NCBI GenBank assembly: GCA_024679065.1
Contig: JAGIQG010000043.1
Span: 1,922,001 to 1,986,000, forward strand
Length of the DNA stretch: 64,000 nt
Direction: 5' to 3'
DNA from: Sphyrna mokarran
Taxonomy: Eukaryota
The position numbers were made by a program, and so were the translations under genes. A model generated the notes under the pieces. That model did no database searches. It was not told the DNA's origin and saw nothing but the letters and a program-made list of their open reading frames with translations. Numbering within the stretch: position 1 is the stretch's first letter; every line of letters begins with the position of its first letter. Positions 12,790-26,254 of this stretch are shown here, one piece after another.

Positions 12790-13086
12790 GTGCTATCTCT
12801 TCATCGCTGTGACGCACAGTTGATAACCACATTGTGTCAAATGAATGCGGAATTCATCTGCACACCGAACCAAAATGATGTAACACTTTCCATTGCATTG
12901 CTCGTCATAATTTCCACTGTATCTGTCAGGGGCATAATTCTCTGGGACTGAGCTCAGGTCACCCAGCGGCCATTAACCCAACATAAACAAACTGGTCACA
13001 TAACATGATGAAATAACGTGTAAAGATATCCAAAGAATACTTATCTGCAAGATTTATATTTTTGTCTTGGCAGGTTTATGGTGAGT
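12790..13086 (+). pseudogene. Inverted paralogous promoter and leader exon (13026-13080) with start codon mutated ATG>ATA
   Basis: 55-nt exon ISKEYLSARFIFLSWQVY-G|GTGAGT has the same length and ending as the A1 leader. The upstream 240 bp and the start of the intron align to the A1 promoter and intron. Confidence 0.7.
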
Positions 13087-13673
13087 AAAAGAGGGTAAGA
13101 TTGTCTCAAATTTGGTTCTAAACATAGACAGGATTACAAGGATCAGAGATAGACATTGGAACATCGAGGTGGCGGCGCGGGCTCGTTGGGCAGAAGGGCC
13201 TTGTTACCCGTGCTGTTTTATCCTTTGTTCTTATACATCGCAGTCAGCAAAAATCGGTGTTTGCATTGTAGAAACTGAGGCCCGATATTCAGGCGAAAGA
13301 AAATACCCTCCTCATGATAGATTGTTTCATTTTCCTCACATAAATGTTCAGTAAATGTTCACTGACACGCTTTAGGGAAGGAAATCTGACGTCCTTGGCT
13401 GGCATGTGACGCCAGAGCCGCAACAACATTGCTGATGATCAACTACCCTCAGGCAACTAGGGATGGGCAATAAAAAAAATAAAGTTAAAGTTTATTTATT
13501 AGCGTCAAAAATAGGTTGCATGAAGACTGCAATGTTGTAACTGTGAAAATTCCATAGTCGCTACGCTCCAGTACTTGTTCCACCACATTTGAGGGAGAAT
13601 TTAGCATCGTCAATGCAAGCAACTAGCTTGTCGTTCGGGCTTTGCGAGGAAATTGGAGCACCCAGTGGAAATC

Positions 13674-13850
13674 NNNNNNNNNNNNNNNNNNNNNNNNNNN
13701 NNNNNNNNNNNNNNNNNNNNNNNNNNNNNNNNNNNNNNNNNNNNNNNNNNNNNNNNNNNNNNNNNNNNNNNNNNNNNNNNNNNNNNNNNNNNNNNNNNNN
13801 NNNNNNNNNNNNNNNNNNNNNNNNNNNNNNNNNNNNNNNNNNNNNNNNNN
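13674..13850. other. Assembly gap
   Basis: Run of N. Confidence 1.
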
Positions 13851-14109
13851 CCTATCTATATAATTGTCTATCTATCTGTCGATCTTTCACCTACCTACCT
13901 ATCTATCTATCTAAGAGAGAGAGAAAGATAAAGTTCCCTCTTAAAGGGTAATCTAGAAGGAGGTGGCATATTTAAAGCTGAGATGGGGAAATTAAACATC
14001 TGCCCAAGAACGATGAGTTTCTGGAAGTTACTGCGCTCCACTGCGCTGGATGTCGGGAATTTGAGTAAACTTAATGATTAGGTGGACGATATTTTAATTA
14101 GGAACAGTT

Positions 14110-14842
14110 TAGAACATGGAACATAGAACATAGAACATTACAGCACAGAACACGCGCTTCGGCCTTCGATGTTGCGCCGACCAATTTAAAAAGCAATGCC
14201 CCTCCAAACTAAACAATTCCCTCCTCTTCCATATACTTATCAACTAACCTCTTTAACGTCACCAAACTAGGCGCATCTACAACTGCTGCAGGCAGGGCAT
14301 TCCACTCCCGAACCACCCTTTGCGTAAAGAACCTGCCTCTGATATCCGCCCTATAACTATCACCCCTTAATTTAAAGCTGTATCCCCTCGTTATGGCTTT
14401 TTCCATCCTAGGAAAAAGGCTATCACTGTCCACCCTATCTAAACCTCTAATCATCTTATATGTTTCGATCAGGTCCCCTCTTAGCCTCCTCCTTTCTAAT
14501 GAAAACAACCTCAAATCCCTCAGCCTCTCCTCATAAGACCTGCCCTCCATACCAGGCAACATCCTGGTAAACCTCCTCTGTACCCTCTCCAATGCCTCCA
14601 CATCTTTCTTATAATGTGGGGACCAGAACTGCACACAATACTCCAAGTGCGGCCGCACTGGAGTTTTGTACAGTTGCAACATGACGTTGCGGCTCCGAAA
14701 TTCAATCCCTCTACCAATAAAAGCCAAGACTCCATATGCCTTCCTAACAACCTTCTCGACCTGACTGCCTACTTTCAGGGATCTATGCACATACACACCA
14801 AGATCCCTCTGTTCATCTAGACTACTAAGAATCCTACCATTT
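14110..14842 (-). mobile_element. 5'-truncated CR1 LINE (young subfamily)
   Basis: ORF 14209-14796 and a (TTCTATG)n tail. Confidence 0.92.
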
Positions 14843-15016
14843 CAAATCCTACCATTTCAAATCCTACCATTTGAAAGGCTATGATGGATAGGCAGGACAG
14901 AGTAGCGGAGGTTTCGATCAGATCAGCTGTGATGGTAGTGAAAGGCAAAACAGATTAGAAAGGCTAATTTGTTTTCTCTTCTTCTAGGTCTTATTATTCT
15001 TGTACGAGAATAATTT

Positions 15017-15972
15017 CTGTTTGTAATTTTTATAAATGATCTGGATGAGGGTATTCAGGGATGGATCAGTACATTTGCAGATGACACTAAAGTCGGTGGA
15101 GTGGTAGATAGTGAAGAGGGGTGTTATACTTTACGGAGTGACTTGGACAAGTTGCAGAGCTGTGCCGAGAGGTGGCAAATGGAGTTTAATGTGGAAAAGT
15201 GTGAGGTAATGCACTTTGGCAGGAACAATAAATGTGTAGAGTATAGGGCTAATGGTAGGGCTCTTAATAGTGTTGAGGAACAGATGGATCTTGGTGTATC
15301 TGTCAATAGATCCCTGAAAGTAGGCAGTCAAGTGGATAAAGTTGTTAAGAAGGCATATGGAGTCTTAGCTTTTATTGGCAGGGGTATTGAATTTAGGAGC
15401 CGCAGCATCATGTTGCAACTGTACAAAACTCTAGTGCGGCCGCACTTGGAGTATTGTGTGCAGTTCTGGTCCCCACATTATAAGAAAGACGTGGAGGGAC
15501 GTGGAGAGGGTACAGAGGAGGTTTGCCTGGTATGGAGGGCAGGTCCTATCACGAGATATTGAGGGATTTGAGGTTGTTTTCGTTAGGAAGGAGGCGGCTA
15601 AGAGGGGATCTTATTGAAGCATATAAGATGATTAGAGGTTTAGATAGGGTGGACAGTGATAGCCTTTTTCCTAGGATGGAGAAAGCTAGCACGAGGGGAC
15701 ACAGCTTTAAATTAAGGGGTATGAGTTATAGGACGGATATCAGAGGTAGGTTCTTTACTCAAAGAGTGATTAGGGAGTGGAATGCCTGCCTGCAGCTGTT
15801 GTAGATGCGCCAAGTTTAGTGGCGTTTAAGATGTTAATTGATAAGTATATGGAAGAGAAGGGAATGGTTTAGTTTGGAGGGGCATTGCTTTTTATTTTGG
15901 TCGGCACAACATCGAAGGCCGAAGGGCCTGTTCTGTGCTGTAATGTTCTATGTTCTATGGTCTATGTTCTAT
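15017..15972 (+). mobile_element. 5'-truncated CR1 LINE (young subfamily, small indels)
   Basis: ORFs 15101-15562 and 15523-15804, with a (TTCTATG)n tail. Confidence 0.92.
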
Positions 15973-16221
15973 GTGAGAGAGGGGGGAGATAGATGTGTAG
16001 GGTGGTGTGGTTTAGGAGTTTGCGGGGGGGGGGGGGGGGGACCCAGCCAGAATACGATGAAATACGTTATTCAGCCCACAGTATGGATGCAGGAATGTAA
16101 GTATGTCGATGGCCCAGTTGCATTATCGATGAACTGCTAATCCAGAAATTGCATTAATATTCTGGTGCCCTGCGTTTGAAAAGGGGAACGGCAGTGAATC
16201 GATTTGAATTTACTAAAATAA

Positions 16222-17042
16222 TGCAAGACAGGGCGGAGAAGTGGCAGATGGACTTCAACGTGGGTAAATGTGCGGTGGTCCATTTTGGCAGGACCAGTGG
16301 GATGAAGGAGTATAATATCAAGAGTAGGAGTCTTGGCAGTGTTGAGGAGCAGAAGGATCTTGGGGTCCGGCTCCATAGGACTCTTAAATCTGCCCTGCAA
16401 GTAGAGGATATGGTCAAGAAGCCATATGGTGTACTGGCCTTCATTAATAGAGGGATTGAGTTTAGGATTCGGAGGTAATGCTGCAACTTTATAAGACCCT
16501 TGCCAGACCCCAATTGGAGTACTGTGTGCAGTTCTGGTCATCTCACTACAGGAAGGATTTGGAAGTTATTGAGAGGGTGCAGAGGAGATTTACAAGGATG
16601 TTGTCTGGATTGTTGTCTACCTTATGAAGATAGGTTGAGAGAGCTAGGTATCTTCTCTCTGGAGAGACGAAGGTTGACAGGCGACCTGATAAGGTTTGTA
16701 AGATGTTGAGAGGAATAAATAGGATGGATTCTCGGTGGCTATTCCCCAGGGCTGAAACGAGAGGATACAGGTTTAAGGTGCTGGGGGGCAAATACAGTGG
16801 AGATGTTAGAGATAAGTTTTTTTTTCACTCAGAAGGTGGTGAGTGAATGGAATGGGTTGCTGTCAGTGGTGGTAGAGGCGAACTCGCTGGGGTCTCATAA
16901 GAGACTTCTGGATGAGTGCATGGGATTTAATAGGATTGGGAGTTACAGGTAGTTCTATGGCCTGTTAGGTATAGGCATGATCAGGACAACTTGTGGGCCA
17001 AAGGGCCTCTTTGTGCTCTAGTGTTATATGTTTTATGTTCTA
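16222..17042 (+). mobile_element. Older CR1 LINE 3' fragment, different subfamily
   Basis: QMDFNVGKCAVVHFG and frameshifted RT C-terminal motifs. Confidence 0.85.
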
Positions 17043-19859
17043 AGTAAGGACGCACATTTATTTCCCAAAACCAGTTGTATTTTACGACAATCTGCAATCA
17101 TTTAATACTTATTAGAAATTGAACAACAGATTTTTATTGACTTCACATTTCTCTATCTGCCTTGGTAGTATTCGAGCCCGTGTCCCCAGATCATTTCTCT
17201 GGGCCTCTGGATTAATCATACAGTGATCATTCCACTGTGCCACTTTCTCTCATAAGCATGATGTGGATGGAGATGTTGTCGTTGGACTGACGTGGTCAGA
17301 ATAAGAAGTCTTTCAGGATAAGTTCCAACAGGTTTATTTGGAATCACTAGCGTTCAAATCGCTGTTCCTTCCTTAGATGAATAGAGAGCAGGGTTCACAA
17401 GCTCAGCCTATATAGGCAGGCATAATTTCAATATAAAGTTTGGAATGTGATCATTATAGGTAATGAAGTCTTTATAGATGCAGACAATTCCAGTGGAGAG
17501 AGAGATTATCACCGCTAAAAGAGGTGAGATTGTATCAAGCCAGGACGGTTAGTAGGATTTTGCCAACGCAGGCGACATTTTAGAGTTACATATAGTGTGA
17601 CGTGAACCCAAGATCCCTGTTGAGGCCATCATCACGCATGGGGAACTTCACAAATAAATTCTGACCAGGCAGCAACGTCTACATCCCATGAACGAATAAA
17701 AAACGCGAATCTTGTCCAGTACTTGGACTGCAGTGTTGCATTATATAAAACAGATTTCAGTTTAGTATGAATGTACTGTAGTTAAAAGGAAAATATTACA
17801 AGAACAGGTTATACAGAGTAGTGTTATTCCTTGCAGTGGACAAGATTATGAAATGGCTTAATTGTCGTGTTTAAGTTTGAAAAATAATTGGATGGGTCGA
17901 TGGAAGGAAACTATTTCCTCTAATGGGGGCTGATTGGGCAGTTCATAACATGGGGCCAGAACTATTAACTTACCGCCAGATTTTTAGGGGTGATGCCAGG
18001 ATGTACTTTCCCAGTGTGGACTGGTACTCTGAATCACTGTCTTCCAGAAAGCTGTCGATGCAAGGCTCATTGTCATTTTGTTCGATATTGCTACAGGGTC
18101 CCGTGTTCAAGCTCCAACACAGCATATCGTAAAAAGATAAATACAGCACTAAACATTTGGAATTAAATTCCAATGCATAAGTAAAAGCCGTTTTTGTAAA
18201 AAGATGTGTTAAAGAAATGGCCTGACATGCCACACAGTTTAAGGATAAATACGAATGGCGGATACACGATTGCCAGCCAGTGACGTCCACATCCCATGAA
18301 TTAACTAATTGAAGCAACAGTGAAGTTTATCTCTTTAAAAGAAACGGTCTCCAGCTTCCAATGTTTGCAATATCGAACTTGTGATGGAATTATATCAACA
18401 CCTCAATGGAACGCCGTTTGAATAACATTTTCATACCTATAAAATATACTTATTTTATTCTGAAGACCAGTGCCATTTATATCTTTGAAGGATCCATTGA
18501 TGTATCAATGCATAGACTGATTTTGTCTATGCTTCCCGCTGCCTCAGAAAAGGTGGCAGCATATCCAGGGACCCCACATAGCCGGATACATTCTCTTTCA
18601 TCTTCTTTCGTTAGAGGAGAATATACAAAAGTCTGAGATCATGAACCAACCGAGTGAAGAACAGTTTTTTTCCCCTGCTGCCGTCAGACTTTTGAATGGA
18701 CCTATCATACCTTAAGCTGATCTTTCACTACATTCTTGCTGTGACGGTGACAGTGCATTCTGTGCCTTTTCTTTCCCTTCCCCCGTATGTGTTCTCTGAA
18801 ATCTATGTTTTGTCGGCAAGTATCAATAGTTTTCATTGCATCCCAATCCATGTGACAGTAATAAATCACATCAAATCAAATCAAACTTCTCCAACAAACA
18901 ATGTTCAAATTTTGTCCATGTTTTCTTCATTATGAAGTGTACCATTATTTCCAGAACAACAGGCCAGTGTCACAATGTTTGTAATCTACACCAGACTCCT
19001 CCTCTCTACTCTCTACGACGCACACCGCCTCCCCACCCCCCCGACACCGCAAACATGCTCTATTATTGGTAATAGAATGAAATTTGACCCTAAATTAGTA
19101 TCTGATATTCAACTCAACCAAGCCCTGTCATATTGAGTTCCAAACTCGACGCAATGTCGCGGAAAGACCTTTCTCCCGATCTCACCATTGGACATAGTAG
19201 GGAATATCTGTTGCTGGTGGTCCAATGTTCTTGTCTCCACTCATTTTGTGTACCTCTATCTAATTGAGTCTTTCATAACTTCCAAGACCTATGATAGGTC
19301 ATCGCACAGTCCAATATTGTGTACTGTAAAGAGCCTGTTCAATTTTATTATATGCATCCATCTACTAAAATTGTTGCCCACAGTTAAACTTCACCCATCA
19401 GTCCGATACAAATGTTCTGTTACCTGACAATCCAGGATCACTGAACACATTTGGATTGATGCATCAGATAGGTTGAACTCACAGAAACAATACTTGAGTT
19501 TGGAAGCATATTGCTAAGTGATGGTTCTTTGGATGCTCTCCTTTCTGCTCAAGACCAAATGGGAATACACAAAGTTTTAAAAATAACATTCACACAAGAA
19601 ATGGAAATATGGTGATCCTCTGTAGTAAGCAGATAGGCTCAAATGTCAGCATGCTGTTGACATGGTGTATGTTCCATTAGGCCTTAAGAATATTTAGTGG
19701 GTGATAAACAGTTGTCCTTTGTTCTTTATTAGTGATAATTCGGCCAGAAGAAAAATGGGAGGTGGCAGACGCTTGAACAGACTCAACCGACATTTTATCT
19801 TTCGCAGGAGGTGAAGAAAATTCAACATATCCGCTACTCGCCAATTTTATCGATGGGGC

Positions 19860-20303
19860 ATGGTTCGATGTGTCGCAGCTTGGTATGGCTCCTGCTCCAA
19901 CCAAAATCAAAACATTATGAAGGGTTATGAAGAAAGCCAAGTCGATCATTCAAAACAGCTTCCCATCCATTGATAGTGTCTACAGTCCCCGCTACCTCAC
20001 GAAAGCAACCAGCACAATCAAAGATCCTGCACACACTCTGGACATATTCTCTTCCACTTACTTTCATAGGAAAACGATTTAAAATTCTGAGGTCACGTAC
20101 CCATCGAGCAAAAATAGTTCATTCTCTGCTGATGTCAAACTCTTGAGTGAACCTACCTGGCATTAAGTAATCTTTCTCAACGCTGCAAGTATGGCTGTTA
20201 ACATTTTAATATGTACTCTTCTTTCCTTCTCTATGAGTGGTATGCACGCAAGAAATAAATATTTCCTAATAGGTGTGACAATAAAAAAACTAAACCGAAT
20301 CAA
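19860..20303 (+). mobile_element. Rex1/Babar-type LINE 3' fragment (paralogous insertion to 1455-1932)
   Basis: Same family, and both flanks are shared with the 1.5-1.9 kb copy. Confidence 0.6.
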
Positions 20304-20706
20304 ACATCCAGGCTTTCTTCCAATGACGAGAAAACAAAGAAAACGTTCATAACTGCATCATATCCCGGAAGCAGAATGTGAGCTCTGAGTTCCGTTTATC
20401 GTGAAATTCTGGGTTCTGCGTTGAACGCCAGCCGGACAGAAAGAGTCTGTCATAGAATGGAAACACATCTTCCGGGCGACCGAAAGGTGTAATTCATCCT
20501 TTCGTGTCGTTCCCGGCAGTTAGATAGTTAATTTCGGAACTGCATCTCAACCCCATCTAACAATGTCACTTCCACAAACGGTAACTGAGTTTCGATATTT
20601 TCACTTGGTGTCCCATTCACAATGTAATTTATTGCTGCAATGTTATATGAAAGGTTTATATTGTTATGAGTGATTAAGCACCATGCAAAGTTCCATACTT
20701 TTTTTT

Positions 20707-21120
20707 AGAACAAAGCACAAAGAACAACACAGCACGGGAAACAGGCCCTTCGGCCCAACGAGCCCGCGCCGTCATCTTAACGTCTTAATGACATATAGAG
20801 ACCAATATAGGGACAGTTTGTTACCCAATCAGCCTAAGAGCACATTTTTGGGATGTGGGTGGAAACCGGAGCACCCGGAGAAAACCCATGCAACCACGGG
20901 GAGAACGCGCAAACTCCCGCAGACACAGATCCATGTGTCTGCACAGCAACAGCGATAGTCTCTGAGCTGTCATGTTGCCCATCTGATGGTCCAGTTTAAG
21001 CATACGCTAACGACGTGAAGCAGTAGGCCACTCCTGAAGTAACCTCCAGGAGCAGCCCTCGCACGACTTGCCGAATGCATGCACCTTGTTGGTCAATAAG
21101 GTGGACCGAATAGCCTGTGG
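20707..21120 (-). mobile_element. Composite SINE-like element (HE1 core, CR1 tail, atypical 5' extension)
   Basis: Aligns along its whole length to 47466-47915 (+). Confidence 0.6.
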
Positions 21121-21144
21121 AAACAATTAAAGAATTTAAAAAGT

Positions 21145-23918
21145 CCTCATATATCCCTCTTTCTGCAGAGCGCTCATGTGGCTGTCCAAGAGACCCTTAA
21201 ACAACCCACCGTGCCTGCTCCCACCACCTTACTCGGTAATGCATTCCACACCCCCACTACCCTTTGTGTGAAAAAAATGCCCCCTAATATTAGTCTTCTA
21301 CATAGCCCCCCTCACCCTAAGGCCGTGACCCCTCGTTCTATCCGAACCTAATTGTGGGAAAAGCTTACCACCATTTCCTCTATTTATACCCCTCATAATC
21401 TTATATACCTCTAATTGATCCCCTCTCAGCCGACGTCTTTCAAGGGAAAAAAACCCCAGTGCGTTCAAACTTTCCTCGTAAGACAGCCCTTCCATACCAG
21501 GCAGCATCCTGGTAAATCTCCTCTGCACTCTCTCCAGGGCCTCCACATCCTTCTGGTAGTACGGCGACCAGAACTGGACGCAGTACTCCAAGTGAGGCCT
21601 AACCAACGTTCTATACACTTGCAACATCAGACTCCTACTCTTGTATTCTATACCCCTTCCTATGAAGGCTAACATACCATACGCTTTCTTTATCACTTTT
21701 TCCACCTGTACTGACACCTTCAGAGACTTGTGAACCTGCACCCCCAGGTCTCTCTGCGTCTCTATACTCCGGATAGTTTTACCTTTTATCCTATAACTCC
21801 CCTCTACATTATTCTGGCCAAAATGCATCACCTCGCATTTATCCGGATTAAATTTCATTTGCCATCTATCTTCCCAATCTACCAGCCTATCAATGTCCTG
21901 TTGTATTGCGTGGCACTGCTCCTCAGTCCCCGCCAATCCAAGTATCTTAGTGTCATCAGCAAATTTGCTGATCACACCATCTACCCCCTCTTCCAAGTCA
22001 TTTATATAAATCACAAATAGAAGAGGTCCTAGTTCTGAGCCCTGTGGCACACCACTAGTGACACACCTCCAGTTGGAAAAAGAGCCTTCCACTAATACCC
22101 GTTGTCTCCTCCTCCCAAGCCAGTTCTCAACCCATCCACATACCTGGCCCTGTATCCCATGCACCTTCACCTTTTTTATCAGCCTGACATGGGGAACCTT
22201 GTCAAACGCCTTACTGAAATCCATGTAGATGACATCAACGGCTTGTCCTTCATCAACCGTTTTTGGCACCTCTTCAAAAAATTCCACTAGATTCGTAAGG
22301 CACGACCTCCCCTTAACGAAGCCATGCTGCGTATTCCTGATCAGATCGCAGCGCTCCAGATGCTCACACATCCTGTCCCTGAGGATCCCCTCCATTAGGT
22401 TACCTATAACTGATGTCAAGCTCACCGGCCTATAATTCCCTGGGTTATCCCTCTGACCCTTTTTAAACAACGGTACTACATTTGCAATCCTCCAGTCCTC
22501 TGAGACCTTACCTGTGTCCAAAGAAGAGACAAAGATTTGCGTCAGAGGCCCAGCAATGTCATCCCTCATCTCCCTTAGCAGCCTGGGATAAATACCATCA
22601 GGCCCCGGAGCTTTATAAGTCTTTATGCTACCTAAAAGCCCCAACACTTCTTCCCTCGTAATGATTATTTCCTTTAACGGGTCCTCAAAATCCTCAAAGC
22701 CAGCATCAGATATGAGGCCCCTCTCCCGCGTGAATACCGACGCAAAGTACTCATTCAGGATCTCCACCATCCCCTCAGAGTCTAAGCATAGATCCCCTCC
22801 TCTGTCCCTGAGAGGTCCAATTTTGCCTCTAACCATCCTTTTGCTCCTTACGTAGGAGTAAAATGCCTTAGGATTTTCCTTAATCCTACCTGCCAAAGCC
22901 ATTTTGTGGCCCTTTTTTGCCTTTCTGACGCCCCTTTTAAGATCCTGTCTACACTCTCTATATTTTTCCAGCGCTGCCACTGTCCCCAATTGCCTGGATC
23001 TAACGTACGCCTCCCGCTTCTTCCTGACCAAGTCCTCAACATCCCTAGTAACCCACAGTTCTCTAATCCTACCCTTCCCATCCTTTCTCCTTACCGGCAC
23101 GTGTCTATCCTGCAAAAATTTTAGTTTTCTCTTGAAAGATTCCCACCTGTGCAGCGTCGACCTACCCTCGAACAGCTTATCCCAGTCGGTATCCTTAAGA
23201 TCCTGCCTAATCTGGCTATATCTAGCCCTCCCCCAGTTTAACACCCTCCCCTTAGGACAGGCTTCATCTTTTTCCATTAATACCCTAAAGCAGACAGAGT
23301 TGTGGTCACTATTAGACACATGCTCTCCTACTACAACGTCAACCACCTGCCCTGGCTCATTCCCCAGAACCAGATCCAGTATAGCCCCCTCTCTAGTCGG
23401 GCTATCCACATACTGCTCCAAGGACCCTTCTAAAACACACTGTACAAATTCCTCCCCATCCGCACCTTCCGCTCTCGGCACCTTCCAATCTACCCCAGGG
23501 AAATTGAAAAATCCCATTACAACTACCCTATTCTTCCTACACTTATCTAAAAATTCCTTACATATCCCTTCTTCCACGGCCCGCGGACTGTTGGGCGGTC
23601 TGTAGTACACACCCAACACAGTAACCTCTCCCTTCCTATTCCTCAACTCCACCCATAGCGACTCAATTCCTAACTCAACCATACCACCCTCCTTCTGCAC
23701 TGCTATGATGTGATCCTTAACTAATAACGCCACTCCCCCTCCTCTCCTCAAACCACCTCTATCATGCCTAAAACACTTATACCCCGGAATATTCAATTGC
23801 CAGTCCTGCCCTTCCTTTAGCCACGTCTCAGTCACCGCCACCACTTCTAACTTCCTCTCGAACATTATTGCCTTCAGTTCATCTGTTTTGCCAGTCACAC
23901 TCCTCGCATTTACAACAA
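21145..23918 (-). mobile_element. CR1 LINE with nearly complete ORF2 (APE endonuclease and reverse transcriptase), no ORF1, inactivated
   Basis: NARS, ETWL, YRPP, SDH, NYRPVSL, DFSKAFD and FADD motifs over 866 aa. GDFN is changed to GFFN and there is a premature TAG at 21298. Confidence 0.95.
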
Positions 23919-23988
23919 GATTCGTCCGAATTAAACAGAAAATCCGGAATCTCTAACTACACATGATATGAAGCAATTCTATACTCAC

Positions 23989-24288
23989 CGCCATTTCTTC
24001 TGGACGTGTTCTGTAGATCTCTATTCACCATTAGTGTTCCTGTTACCTGTAAAAAAAAAACAATTACAACTGATTACAAATTGTCCCATTTTATACTGAA
24101 CTGTCTGAAAGTCAAAGTAAATTGATTGGGAGTCCCATGCGTATGCAAAGTCTCCCTGCAATCTATACCTTTCTGCCAATTCGAGTAGATCCTTCTCCGG
24201 GGAAGAAGGATCCTTCCAAGAAGGAGAAGCATCACCACTGACGAGTACCCAGTAAGTGGAATAGTCCAAAGTGGAAGTGACAGCGAAT
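23989..24288 (-). pseudogene. Orphan TM-like exon (24288-24169) and cytoplasmic exon (24046-23989) of a different receptor type
   Basis: ctgcag| 120 nt phase 1-1 exon reading DSLSLPLWTIPLTGYSSVVMLLLLGRILLPRRRIYSNWQK. The next exon has a T-tract acag| acceptor and |GTGAGT donor, with an in-frame TAG after GNRNTNGE. Confidence 0.45.
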
Positions 24289-24966
24289 CTGCAGAGTAAA
24301 ATCAACATTGTATTTAAGAAAAGAAATCCGTAGATCAAGCTCTTTGTCTCATATCGGGATTTAATGAGACGGAATTTTCCCGTCCAGACAGCCACCGGAA
24401 TTGTAGTGAGCGGAGGCAGACATTGATCTTGGGCGGGGATTTCCGGCCTTGGGGTCTCTCTTCCTCCATGCGTCTATCTGTTTTTACTTGGTAAATTCAC
24501 TTCCCTTATGTAAGGTTTGTCCACTTTTGAATTGTCCCTCGTAATGTTGGTGACAAGAACAAGATTAGCATTCATTACCACCACTGGGATGGCACGATGG
24601 CACATTTGTTAACACTGTGTCTAAAGATGTTCAGGTTAGGTGTATTAACCATGCTACATGACCCTTAGTGCCCAAAGATGCGCAGCTCCGGTGGACTAGT
24701 CATGCTAAATTGCTTTTTGGTGTCCAAAATGTGTAGTTAGTCGGATTAACCGGGTCAATATGTGGCGTCAGGGGATAGGGCCTGGGTAAGATTCTTTGCC
24801 AGAGTGTTGGTGCCTCCTCAATGGGCTGAATGGTCCCTTTCTACACTTATTCTCTGTGTAAACCAAGGGATAGGGTATTAACAATAACTTAATCAGTTTA
24901 TTGAGCAGCAAAATCCTAAACATAAATTCGTCTGCACTTTTTTCCACCTTCTGGTTGCATTCCAAC

Positions 24967-25184
24967 GAGTAAATGGAACGAGAGGCCTCGGTTTTAACAA
25001 CAATTGGAAAGGATCCACACTCGGATTTTATAACCGATTTTATTTCCCACGCTCAGTGGGAAAATTTCGATGATTGAGTAAATGGAACGAGAGGCCTCGG
25101 TTTTAACAACAATTGGAAAGGATCCACACTCGGATTTTATAACCGATTTTATTTCCCACGCTCAGTGGGAAATTTCGATGATTG
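24967..25184. repeat. Tandem duplication of a ~109-bp unit
   Basis: Two copies identical except for one A indel (GGGAAAATTT vs GGGAAATTT). Confidence 0.9.
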
Positions 25185-26254
25185 CTGTTCGCTATTCTTC
25201 GGAAGAATCGGTTGCATTCCTGTCTCTCCCGTGAGCTCTGCTGCTCATTTAAGCAAGGCCGAGTTTGGTTGTTGGTCAGAGAACCCGTTAAATCCCAGGG
25301 AACGGCGGGATTTGTACTCATGTTTACTAATTTCCTCAACGTCGCAATTGCGTTTTCTTCTTAATTGTCCTGGCGATTGTTGTCCTTCCGCGGTCCTCAA
25401 TTTCTGACCAAGTCTCAGATCACCTGTATAAAGTTTGGGTGTAGAACACTAACGTGCGCAGCTGCAGCGTGGATTTTCACTAAAATCAGCCCCGTTGAAC
25501 CTCCCGTGTGGATGTTCTATCGCAGCACAGGTGACAGTTTCAATTCTGAAACCCTCAGTTATTAACATCTTTTGATAGATTCGAAAAAAACTAGACTATT
25601 TTTGTGTGTGGGATTTAGCTATTGACAAAGCAGCTGTAATAATTTCATACGTGACAAAATGGAGCTATTTTAACACAAAATCTAATACATTTTGGTATGT
25701 TGAGAGATCGGTACGGACACAGGAACACACTGTAACCCAGAGTGAAACCTGAACTTGTCCTATGTTTAACTTCATTGCAATGAATATTACGGAAAAAAAA
25801 AGTTCCCCAGACATACTTGTGTAAAAAATTACAGATATTGACAAAATCATTGATAACTAAGCAGATTTAATAGCCCCTTAATCCATCAGTATTTCAAATG
25901 CATTATTCTGAGGTAAATTAAACTAAATTGGGGTGACACGTTGGTTAGCATGGCTGCCTTGCCAGGGATTCGGGTTCTATTCGTAGCTTGGCTCACTGTC
26001 TGTGTCTTCCCGGGGTGCTTCGGTTTCCTCGCATGGCCTGAAAGAAGGCCATTCTAAATTCCCCGTCTGTGTACCCGAACAGGAGCCGGAGTGTGTCTAC
26101 TGCGGGATCTTTCGTAGTAACTTTATTGCACTTCACACGCAAGCCTGCCGATGGCTAAGAAATAAACGTTAACTTTGAAATTCACATTTCAGTCTTTGTC
26201 ACTATTGATGAATACTTCAGAATTGGCCGGAACAGTAGGAAAGTGGTTAGCAAA

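Noticed and set aside
22904-23605. 233-aa plus-strand ORF
   Set aside because: It is the antisense shadow of CR1 ORF2.
24021-24395. 124-aa ORF as a standalone gene
   Set aside because: It is an alternative frame across the TM-like exon and its introns, with no recognisable domain.
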